NCBI GenBank assembly: GCA_965204005.1 | Contig: OZ241970.1 | Location: 4,805,109-4,869,108, forward strand | DNA length: 64,000 nt | Reading direction: 5' to 3' | From: Candidatus Versatilivorator sp. | Lineage (GTDB): Bacteria; Acidobacteriota; Terriglobia; Versatilivoradales; Versatilivoraceae | Shown here: positions 7,801 to 15,584 of the stretch, in pieces | Position numbering within the stretch: the first letter of the stretch is position 1 | How the letters are laid out: each line of letters opens with the position of its first letter | Position numbers and translations under genes: made by a program | The notes under the pieces: model-generated | Told to the model about the DNA's origin: nothing | The model's database searches: none | The model's input: the letters and a program-made list of their open reading frames with translations, nothing else

Positions 7801-10800
7801 TAGAGTTCCTCCAGCCCTGCCCCGTTCCCAAGACGTCGGTACGTCTGCAAACGGCCTTGCATCCGGTGGCCGCGGCTCCGGACGAATGGACCTTCACCAT
7901 TTCTTCCCGGCGGTACGACGTCGACGCCAACAGCGAGTTGCACTGCCGCGGGAAGGTGCGCCTGGTGGGCGACGACCACGCGGTGGCGGTGCCGTGCCGG
8001 CTCGCTGACATCGATACGACCCACTTCAAGCCCTCGTTTCTGGCGGACGACCGGAATTTCTACGAGCGCCTGGAGGCGGTCCTCAGCGAGACGTTCCAGT
8101 ACGGTCCCTATTTCAGGACCATCCAGCGCGTATTGGTGGATACGACCTCGAAGGCTTATCTTTTCGATGTAGAGATGGATAAGGGGCTATGGACGACGGG
8201 CCGGGAAGAGGGCTATGTCTCCTGTCCTCCGTTGTTCGACGGGGCGTTGCAGATCTTTCTGTACCACTTGCTGACCGCCGCCGACCTGTTCGCCATCCCC
8301 CAGCGAGCCGAAGGCGTGACATTCTTTCGCCCGCCCTCCGGCCCGCGGATCACCTGCCACGTGACCAAGCCCCGCGACGACTGGATGGATGCCAACGAGC
8401 GGGGACAGTATTCCGTTCGCCGCGGCGAACGGTCCGGCGGCAGTGTCAGTCTCTACGACAGCGCCACCGGAGACCTGGTCGCTCATATCGGCGAATACAC
8501 CTATTTCACCTCCAACCCGCGATGGAACGACCTGCCGGAAAGCAAGCACCGGATATCCTGGCAGCCGAAGTTCATCCCCGACGGCCCATGGCTCGCCGGC
8601 AGACTTCCCGAGGGCGAGATCGAAACCGCCGCCCTGATGGCCGCCCTCGAAAACCGGGAACAGGGCGAGCCCTACGCCTGTCACGCCGTCGAGTTCGCGG
8701 GCTGCCGGGGGCCGGAGCAGACCCTTCTCTGTCAGTGCATCGACCATCTCTCCAACGGCGGCGCACAGACCGAGTACTGGCTGGTTGGCGATACCGAAGA
8801 GAGTATCCGGGCCCACTACGACGCCTTCGGTCAACGCGATGCCGCCTTGCGTTTCGAGCGCCTGGACCCGTCTGCTCAACCGCAACTGGACTCGGGTCTG
8901 CTGCGTCCGGGCAGCGCCGAAATCATTTTTCTGCATGGGGATGGCGAGGCGGTCCGGCCGGAGGAATGGGAATTGGCGCGCCGATTGGCGGTGGCCGGCG
9001 GCCTGGCCCTGGTCTCTCATGGCGAAGGCGACCTCATCCGGCCCGTGGCCGGCTGGACCGTCGTTCGGGCCGGGCGGCGCACGACCCTGCTGCAGGCGCC
9101 GCAGTCCCGCGCGGAACCTCCCGGCCCACCAGAGCCGGTGGGCCCGCGATGGGTGCTCGGGGAGCGGGGAAGCCTGGCGCCGGACTGGGTGGCCCTGCTC
9201 GATGCGCCGGATGCGCATCCGGTCCCCGATGAAGCTCTCGCCGCCAACGCCCTCCATCTGCTCGAAACGTGGCCGCGGGCGGGCGGCCTGCGCGCCGTCG
9301 ACTTCTTCTGTGGCGAGGACCCGCAAGACCCGACGGGGGAAAAGGTGGTGTCGCGCTTCGTCGCCTTTGTCCAGGCTCTGGTTTCATACAGGATGGAGAA
9401 TGCGAACCACTCGTGCCGCTTGACCGTGGCGACGCGCGGAGCCGTGCTCGATGTGGATGATCCGCGCGGGAGTGCCCTGTGGGGGGCGGTTCGCAGCATG
9501 GCCGTGGAAATCGACGAGGAAGCCCGCATCGATTTTCGCCTGGTGGACCTGGGTGATGCCGGCGATCTGGAAACGATGGCCTGGCTGGCTCGGTGCGACT
9601 TGCGCGAGCGCGAACTGGCGGTGCGGGAGAACCGCTTGTGGGCGCCCAGGTGGATCGACATTACGGACCGGTATTCCCGCGTATCCGCCCGGGAGAAGCT
9701 CGCCTACCGGCTCGCTCTGGACAATCCGGGCCAGATCGCCGGTCTCGAGATGAAGACCCGCGAGCTCCCGGCGTTGGGGCCGGACGAAGTGGAGATCGAA
9801 GTGACGGCCGCCGCCCTCAATTTTCGAGACGTCATGGTCACGCTGGGCCTGCTGCCGGCGTTGGCCTATGAACGCTCGGCGCTGGGGCGTGAAGTCGGCA
9901 TGGAGGGAAGCGGGATCGTCCGGCGCGTCGGGTCGGCGGTGCGGGGTTGCCGGGCCGGTGACGAGGTGGCGTTCATACAGGGCGGCTGCATCGCCAATCG
10001 CGTCGTGGTCAGCCAGCATCTCGTTTTCGCCAAGCCGGACCGCCTGAGCATGGAAGAAGCCGCCTCGGTCCTGTCGGTCTATGTCACCGCCTACTATTCC
10101 CTGATTCACCTGGCCCGCCTGCGCAAGGGCCAGCGAGTCCTCATCCACTCGGCCATGGGCGGCGTGGGGCAGGCCGCCATTGCGCTGGCCAGGCACGTGG
10201 GAGCGGAGATTTACGCTACCGCCGGCAGCGAAGACAAGCGGGAGAAGCTGTTGTCGCTGGGCGCCCGAGCGGCTTTCGATTCGCACAGCCACGCCTGGCA
10301 TGACGACCTGATGGCGGCGACCGGAGGCGAGGGCGTCGACGTGGTGCTGAACTCCCTGGCCGGACGCCACGTTGAACTCTGTCTTCAGGCCCTGCGCCCG
10401 GGGGGCTGGCATTGCGAGATCGGCAAGGTCGACATTTACCGGGACAACGACCTCGGCCTGCGCATCTTCCGCAAGAACCTGCGCTTCGCGGCCATCGACG
10501 TGGACCGGCTGATGATCGATGATCCCCATCTATCGCGCGAGCTCTCCCAAGCCTGCCTGGCTTTGCTCGAAGAAGGCGCGCTGCCGCCGCTTCCGGTCAC
10601 CGTCTTTCCGTACAAGGACTACGCCAAGGCCCTTCGCCTGATGACCACCGGCCGCCACCAGGGGAAACTGGTGCTGAAAGCTCCCGAGGCTGCCGGCGAT
10701 GCGGGTTTCACGGTTGCCGATGTGCGGCCGTTTCTCGATCCCGAAGCGACCTACCTGGTCACCGGCGGCCTGGGCGGGTTCGGACTGCGACTGCTGCCTT

Positions 10801-11981
10801 ACCTGGTGGCCGCGGGCGCGCGCCATATCACCCTGATGGACCGCGACCCCGATCGCCGTCGGGACGCCGAGTGGGTCCGTCATTCGAGCGCTTTGGTGTA
10901 CATGGATGAGGATGCCGAATTCGATGTCCTATCGGGCGACGTGGCGGTGGAAGAAGATGTCCGGCGCTGCGTGTCTCAACTCAAAAGGCCGCTCAAGGGT
11001 GTGTTCCACCTCGCCGGCGCGCTGGACGACCGCTTGCTGGACGATCTGTCGGCCGAATCCGTGGCGACGGTTTTCGCACCCAAGGCCCACGGAGCTCTCC
11101 ATCTCCACCGCGCCACCGAGGGTTGCCCACTCGATACCTTTGTCCTGTTTTCCTCGACCGCCTCGGCCCTGGGCAACCCCGGACAGATCAACTACAGCGC
11201 GGCCAACGCATTTCTGGACGGCTTCGCCGCCTGGCGCCGCCGTCAGGGTCTTCCCTGTCTGTCCTACAACATGGCCGCCGTCGCCGACGCCGGCATGGCC
11301 GCGCGCAGTCTCCCCGTGTTGCGCATGATGAGGGCCGCCGGCCTTCCGCCGGTCAGCAGCGACTTCGCCATCGCCAACCTCGACTATGCCCTGCGCGCCA
11401 TGTCCGATCGAGACCACTTGATTACGGCCCTGTTCAAGCACCCGGCATGGACGATTGACTACCCGGACTACATGCGCATCGGGCGCTTGATGAACAATCA
11501 GGACGCCTTCAAGGCCGGCGTGGAGGGCGAGTTGACGCTGGAGAGCGTCGTGGCCCAGATTGCCGCCAAGGTCGCCGAGCTCTGCGGCCACGAGGAGGGC
11601 GACGTGGAGGAGCCGCTGGCCAGTTTCGGGCTCACCTCCATCTCGGTGGCCGAGCTGGGCACGTTCATCCAGACGCAGTTCAACTACCGGGTGAGCGCCT
11701 TGGAGCTGATGACTACCGCCTCGTGTCTGTCGCTGGCACGGGGTATCATCCATGGAAAAGAGAATGTCGAGGACGATGCGGCCGAGGCGGATACGGCCGT
11801 TTCCGAGGATGCCACCCTGGTTGCGCGGCAGCGCGCCCGCCGAGCGCCATCGGTATTCGCCAACGCGATCGAGGACCACTTTCCCCCTCCGCGAGATGGG
11901 TCCGGTACCGCCCCAGAATCCCCTGTCCCGAAACGGCCCCGGGCGGCCGACATGGCAATGGAGGAACAGGGGAAGGCGTAG
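4878..11981 (+). CDS. Type I polyketide synthase, single fully reducing module. Domain order: KS-AT-DH-(pseudo-MT/pseudo-KR spacer)-ER-KR-ACP, no TE.
   Basis: - KS: TACSAS with Cys codon at 5409-5411, plus EAHATGT and KSNVGHMEAAA.
- AT: GHSSGE with Ser codon at 6765-6767; IAFHS at 7095-7109.
- DH: LADHRVHHAAIMPGAGY with His codon at 7707-7709.
- ER: LNFRDV and HSAMGGVGQAAIALA (about 10146).
- KR: YLVTGGLGGFGL (about 10751) and NYSAANAFLD.
- ACP: FGLTSIS with Ser codon at 11637-11639. Confidence 0.93.
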   Translation: MNSANSDNAVAIVGYAYRMPGGIRTDDDFWRLLSQREIIQEPVTDRYGRGYQPVGGFSGTVRFASPFEGLIRDDGEKLFDRGLFGLSQHEMLSTDPQLRMLLMCAWDTCERSGWELHSLRNSPTGVFVGAQTPPVANWRPLRGAGPFDVTSISLAMLANRISYHFNLMGPSTTYCTACSASLTALNAAMNALQCGDCEQAIVASVNYLGTARLSAAFNALGVISPDGKCHSFDAEANGYMRSEGAFVFAIKPLEAAERDGDPIHAVVEATAVNAAGAADGSSGLAQGRYITAPTRHAQADLMRLACARSGRQPREFDYIEAHATGTVVGDRIEGNAITEAFGGSGREAPLRISSIKSNVGHMEAAAFHCALLKVVLMMQRRTFAPISKNYLVPNPEIDFESCPMQVQTTCEPFPEPPVVVGINSFGFGGANGHCVVREYRPAQPRPWSVGLAPQAGHMIPLSARTSGLLARSAQQLREALGGQELDLYTLAGNLSRRRTHFAARTSFAVRNRQELAEALDAFIHDPAPVATVDESERRVALVFSGQGTQWAGCGRALYDADPVFHRVIDAIEEHWREHSDRSLRDAGLTACQEELDEVRLAQPVIFMIQCALVELLKTWGVHADCVVGHSSGEVAAAYACGALSLADATRLVFHRATLQQRVAGSGRMLAVGLDRTGVEEMLDTLGVPFRPEEDRPARVEIACENAPANTVICGREAALRPIMAELDRRNLQNQLLPGNIAFHSTAMDPIKDDALSALSFLNGCAFDAEVPFVSSVTGVRTERLDNHYWWSNIRRPVRFAAAMETIRREYRPDVVLEIAPHSALQTTIAQCLESSVAPPPACIPTLMRDSDVCLGFNRALGALFMAGVDLDFAAQYPRPEPVAHLLPGHPREEQATMDIMCDNEMFVRQGEYSHGPLVGHKVPADHLLFEARLSEKDFPWLADHRVHHAAIMPGAGYIELILEALGGVPVCFDVIEFLQPCPVPKTSVRLQTALHPVAAAPDEWTFTISSRRYDVDANSELHCRGKVRLVGDDHAVAVPCRLADIDTTHFKPSFLADDRNFYERLEAVLSETFQYGPYFRTIQRVLVDTTSKAYLFDVEMDKGLWTTGREEGYVSCPPLFDGALQIFLYHLLTAADLFAIPQRAEGVTFFRPPSGPRITCHVTKPRDDWMDANERGQYSVRRGERSGGSVSLYDSATGDLVAHIGEYTYFTSNPRWNDLPESKHRISWQPKFIPDGPWLAGRLPEGEIETAALMAALENREQGEPYACHAVEFAGCRGPEQTLLCQCIDHLSNGGAQTEYWLVGDTEESIRAHYDAFGQRDAALRFERLDPSAQPQLDSGLLRPGSAEIIFLHGDGEAVRPEEWELARRLAVAGGLALVSHGEGDLIRPVAGWTVVRAGRRTTLLQAPQSRAEPPGPPEPVGPRWVLGERGSLAPDWVALLDAPDAHPVPDEALAANALHLLETWPRAGGLRAVDFFCGEDPQDPTGEKVVSRFVAFVQALVSYRMENANHSCRLTVATRGAVLDVDDPRGSALWGAVRSMAVEIDEEARIDFRLVDLGDAGDLETMAWLARCDLRERELAVRENRLWAPRWIDITDRYSRVSAREKLAYRLALDNPGQIAGLEMKTRELPALGPDEVEIEVTAAALNFRDVMVTLGLLPALAYERSALGREVGMEGSGIVRRVGSAVRGCRAGDEVAFIQGGCIANRVVVSQHLVFAKPDRLSMEEAASVLSVYVTAYYSLIHLARLRKGQRVLIHSAMGGVGQAAIALARHVGAEIYATAGSEDKREKLLSLGARAAFDSHSHAWHDDLMAATGGEGVDVVLNSLAGRHVELCLQALRPGGWHCEIGKVDIYRDNDLGLRIFRKNLRFAAIDVDRLMIDDPHLSRELSQACLALLEEGALPPLPVTVFPYKDYAKALRLMTTGRHQGKLVLKAPEAAGDAGFTVADVRPFLDPEATYLVTGGLGGFGLRLLPYLVAAGARHITLMDRDPDRRRDAEWVRHSSALVYMDEDAEFDVLSGDVAVEEDVRRCVSQLKRPLKGVFHLAGALDDRLLDDLSAESVATVFAPKAHGALHLHRATEGCPLDTFVLFSSTASALGNPGQINYSAANAFLDGFAAWRRRQGLPCLSYNMAAVADAGMAARSLPVLRMMRAAGLPPVSSDFAIANLDYALRAMSDRDHLITALFKHPAWTIDYPDYMRIGRLMNNQDAFKAGVEGELTLESVVAQIAAKVAELCGHEEGDVEEPLASFGLTSISVAELGTFIQTQFNYRVSALELMTTASCLSLARGIIHGKENVEDDAAEADTAVSEDATLVARQRARRAPSVFANAIEDHFPPPRDGSGTAPESPVPKRPRAADMAMEEQGKA

Positions 11982-11983
11982 CC

Positions 11984-13726
11984 ATGCCGAATGCTCTGTT
12001 GGTCTATCCCGAAAATCCCCCTTCCTATTGGGGCGCGAACTTCGCACTGGACATGCTGGGCATCAAGGCAGCCTTCCCGCCTCTGGGTCTGCTCACCGTC
12101 GCCGCCATGTTTCCGCCGGACTACGACCTCCGCGTCGTGGACATGAATGTGACTCCCCTGGGAGAGTCGGACCTGGAGTGGGCGGACCTGGTGTTTACCT
12201 CCAGCATGATCGTACAGCGAGAGTCGCTGCGGACCGTCATCGGGCGGTGCAACCGGGCCGGTGTTCCGGTGGTGGCGGGAGGACCCTATCCCACCTCCTT
12301 TCACGATGAGATCCACGGTGTCGACCACTTCGTGCTGGATGAGGTGGAGGAGACCTTCGGCGATTTCCTGCGCGACCTGGAGAGCGGCACGGCCAATGCC
12401 GTTTATCGCGAGCCGCGGAAACCGGATGTGACCCGGACACCCGTCCCGCGCTTCGACCTCATCGATACGAAGAACTACCACTCGATGTGCGTGCAGTTCT
12501 CCCGGGGCTGCCCGTTCGACTGCGAGTTCTGCGACATCACCAAGCTCTACGGTCGCGTGGCCCGGACCAAGTCGCCGGATCAGATGGTGGAGGAGTTCGA
12601 GGCCTTGTATCGACTGGGCTGGCGTGGCCGCCTCTTCCTGGTTGACGACAACTTCATCGGCAACAAGCGAGCGGCAATGACGCTGCTGTGGGTCATCGCC
12701 GAATGGCAGCAGGCTCGTGGCTATCCCTTCTCCCTGTTCACCGAAGCGAGCATGAACCTGGCCCGAATGGACGAACTGATGGACGTCATGGTTGAAGCCG
12801 GATTCAATTCCGTCTTCGTGGGTATTGAAACGCCCAATCCCAAGGCCTTGCTGAAGATGAAGAAACCGCAGAACGTGGACAAGCGGGACGATAGCTACCT
12901 TCTCAATTCCGTCCGAACCATCCAGCGGAAAGGGATGCAGGTCATGGGAGGGTTCATCCTGGGCCTGGACGGGGACGATGAGAGCGTGTTCGACCTGCAA
13001 ATCGACTTTATCCAGGCAGCCGGCATTCCGATGGCTCTGATCGGGTTGCTGGGCGCCCTGAGGGGCACGGACCTGTATCGGCGCCTGGAGTCGGAAAACC
13101 GGCTGTTGGACGTTTCCATCGGCACGAGCTCCACGGCCCTCAACTTCGTGCCGGAGATGGATCCCGAGGTGTTGATCGAGGGATACCGGCGCGTGACCGC
13201 CAGTGTCTACGACCCGACTCTGGAGAATTACTTCCAGCGTTGCCTGACGTTCTTCGAACACCTGACACCCGTTCCGCACCTGCACAAACCCCGGAACAAG
13301 ATCGCGCTCTACACGGACATTATGGGTCTGCGCCGAAAGCTGTCCAACGAGCAGTTCCCGGCCTTGGTGGAGTTCATTGGCAAGGTCTCCAAGCGCCATC
13401 CCCGCATGCTCCCGGAGGCAATTCGCCTGGCCGCATTGGGTTACCATTTCGAAAAGGCCACCCGCCAGCAGATGACCATCCACGACTTCAAGGCATTTTT
13501 GGAGGCCGAGGCGGAACGTTTCAGGGGAACCTCTTCCGGTTCAGTCAAGGAAGTGGAGGAAATCGGAGCTCGCCGGCAAGAGTTGTTGGTGCGAGCACAG
13601 GCGCGCAACCGATCGATTCCGGACGACTTTCGATATCTTGGAGATGGAATCGAGTCTGCGTTGGAGTCCTTTCGAGTCTCGGTGAATGCTCAGGCGGAAC
13701 ACCTCGCCCGCTCGGCGGCAGTGTAG
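11984..13726 (+). CDS. B12-binding radical SAM protein (class B rSAM, DUF4070-type C-terminus), paralog 1
   Basis: The ATG lies 2 nt after the PKS stop. The N-terminus LLVYPENPPSYWGANFAL...PPLGLLTVAAMFP is the cobalamin-binding-type module. The CPFDCEFC cluster motif is at 12509-12532. The ORF-track start at 11723 runs inside the PKS and is rejected. Confidence 0.88.
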   Translation: MPNALLVYPENPPSYWGANFALDMLGIKAAFPPLGLLTVAAMFPPDYDLRVVDMNVTPLGESDLEWADLVFTSSMIVQRESLRTVIGRCNRAGVPVVAGGPYPTSFHDEIHGVDHFVLDEVEETFGDFLRDLESGTANAVYREPRKPDVTRTPVPRFDLIDTKNYHSMCVQFSRGCPFDCEFCDITKLYGRVARTKSPDQMVEEFEALYRLGWRGRLFLVDDNFIGNKRAAMTLLWVIAEWQQARGYPFSLFTEASMNLARMDELMDVMVEAGFNSVFVGIETPNPKALLKMKKPQNVDKRDDSYLLNSVRTIQRKGMQVMGGFILGLDGDDESVFDLQIDFIQAAGIPMALIGLLGALRGTDLYRRLESENRLLDVSIGTSSTALNFVPEMDPEVLIEGYRRVTASVYDPTLENYFQRCLTFFEHLTPVPHLHKPRNKIALYTDIMGLRRKLSNEQFPALVEFIGKVSKRHPRMLPEAIRLAALGYHFEKATRQQMTIHDFKAFLEAEAERFRGTSSGSVKEVEEIGARRQELLVRAQARNRSIPDDFRYLGDGIESALESFRVSVNAQAEHLARSAAV

Positions 13727-13768
13727 GAAACAGCCCTGTAATTTGCGCGACAGGACAAGAAGGTTGCC

Positions 13769-15541
13769 ATGCCCAATGCGCTTCTGGTGTATCCCCAATA
13801 TCCTCCTTCCTACTGGGGAGTCAATTTCGCGCTGGAGATCTTCCGGATCAAGGCTGCCTTTCCACCCCTGGGTCTGCTCACCGTCGCCGCCATGTTCCCC
13901 CCGAAATACAACCTGCGCGTGGTGGACATGAACGTGGCTCCCCTGGAGGAGGCCGACCTGGAGTGGGCGGACCTGGTCTTTACCTCCACCATGGTAGTCC
14001 AGCGGGAATCCCTGCGGACCGTTACGGAGCGGTGCAACCGGGCCGGCGTCCCGGTGGTGGCCGGAGGGCCCTATCCCACCACCTATCATGGCGAGATCGG
14101 CGGTGTGGACCATTTTGTGCTGGATGAGGTGGAGGAGACCTTTGAAGATTTTCTGCGAGACCTGGAGAACGGCACGGCCGCAGCCATCTACCGCGAGCCG
14201 CGAAAACCGGATGTGACCAGGACACCTGTTCCGCGCTTCGACCTCATCGACACGAAGGCCTACTACTCCATGTCCGTACAGTTCTCCCGCGGATGCCCGT
14301 TCGACTGTGAATTCTGCGACATCACCAAGCTCTACGGCCGGGTGGCCCGGACCAAGTCGCCGGACCAGGTGCTGGACGAATTCGACGTGCTCTATCGCCT
14401 GGGCTGGCGGAGCCATGTCTTTCTGGTTGACGACAACTTCATCGGCAACAAGCGGGAGGCGATGAAGTTGGTGCGTGCCATTGTCGAATGGCAGAAGGCC
14501 CGCGGCTACCCGTTTTCCCTGTTTACCGAAGCCAGCGTGAACCTGGCTGGTATGGATGAATTGATGGACGGCATGATTGAAGCGGGCTTCGATTCCGTGT
14601 TCCTGGGGATCGAAACGCCGAATCCCAAGGCCTTGCGCAAGATGAAGAAACCGCAGAACGTCAGCAAGCGGGAAGAGAATTACCTTTTCAACTGCGTTCG
14701 CAAGATCCAACAGAAGGGGATGCGGGTCGATGGAGGATTCATCCTGGGTCTGGATGACGATGACGAGGGCGCCTTCGATGCCCAGATCGATTTCATTCAG
14801 GAAGTCGGCATTCCCATGGCCATGGTCGGGTTGTTGAACGCTCTGAAAGACACCAATCTCCATGATCGCCTGAAAAGGGAAAACCGGCTATTGGAAGAGC
14901 CTTTCGGAAGCAGCACCGACGGCGTCTTCAACCTGACGAGTGTCAACGTCGCCCTCAACTTCAAGCCGGAGATGAATGTCGAGACATTGATGGAGGGATA
15001 CCGGCGCGTCATCACCACCATCTATGACCCGACTCTCGAGAAATACTTCCTGCGCTGCCTGACGTTGCTTGAACACCTCAGGCCCATTCCGCACCTGCCG
15101 AAGCCCACGAGCAAGAACTCGCTTTTCTTGGCCATCATGTCTGTTCGCCGGCAACTCTCCGCCAAGCAGATCCCGGCCTATACGAAGTTCATCGCCAAAG
15201 TCTCCCGGGCCCATCCCGGCTTGCTGCCGGAGGCGATCCGCCTGGCCGCCCTGGGCTACCACTTTGAAAAGATCACCAGTCAGCAAATTGCCATCGGCGA
15301 CTTCAAGCGGTTTTTGGCGACCGAATTGGGGAGATTCAAGGAAGCGGTTTCGCACGATGTTCGGGATGGGGAAGAAATCGAGAAACGGAGGCAGGCGTTG
15401 TTCACGCAAACCGATGCGCGCCATGCGTCGATACCCGATGAATTCCGCTACCTCGGCGATGGAATCGACGATGCCCTGGAATCGTTCCGGTCCGCCGTGA
15501 GCGATCAGGTAGACCGGTTCACACGATCGCCGGCGATATAA
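13769..15541 (+). CDS. B12-binding radical SAM protein, paralog 2
   Basis: Collinear with paralog 1 and roughly 70-75% identical by eye. CPFDCEFC is at 14294-14317. An RBS-like AAGAAGG lies upstream. Confidence 0.88.
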   Translation: MPNALLVYPQYPPSYWGVNFALEIFRIKAAFPPLGLLTVAAMFPPKYNLRVVDMNVAPLEEADLEWADLVFTSTMVVQRESLRTVTERCNRAGVPVVAGGPYPTTYHGEIGGVDHFVLDEVEETFEDFLRDLENGTAAAIYREPRKPDVTRTPVPRFDLIDTKAYYSMSVQFSRGCPFDCEFCDITKLYGRVARTKSPDQVLDEFDVLYRLGWRSHVFLVDDNFIGNKREAMKLVRAIVEWQKARGYPFSLFTEASVNLAGMDELMDGMIEAGFDSVFLGIETPNPKALRKMKKPQNVSKREENYLFNCVRKIQQKGMRVDGGFILGLDDDDEGAFDAQIDFIQEVGIPMAMVGLLNALKDTNLHDRLKRENRLLEEPFGSSTDGVFNLTSVNVALNFKPEMNVETLMEGYRRVITTIYDPTLEKYFLRCLTLLEHLRPIPHLPKPTSKNSLFLAIMSVRRQLSAKQIPAYTKFIAKVSRAHPGLLPEAIRLAALGYHFEKITSQQIAIGDFKRFLATELGRFKEAVSHDVRDGEEIEKRRQALFTQTDARHASIPDEFRYLGDGIDDALESFRSAVSDQVDRFTRSPAI

Positions 15542-15584
15542 GGCACCATTCCGAGTCGCCGCTGATCGGGGAGGGAAAGAAACC

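Noticed and set aside
6303-8024. 573-aa minus-strand ORF, together with many other ORFs inside 4878-11981 (for example 8187-9326, 9384-10529, 10929-12047, 6704-8008).
   Set aside because: These are antisense or alternative-frame shadows of the PKS gene. Their composition is Arg/Gly/Pro/Ala-rich with no motifs, whereas the plus frame at 4878 carries all the PKS catalytic motifs.
11684-14863. Minus-strand ORFs 11684-13483 (599 aa) and 13541-14863 (440 aa) opposite the radical SAM genes.
   Set aside because: These are shadow ORFs. The CxxxCxxC cluster and the B12-domain pattern are on the plus strand.
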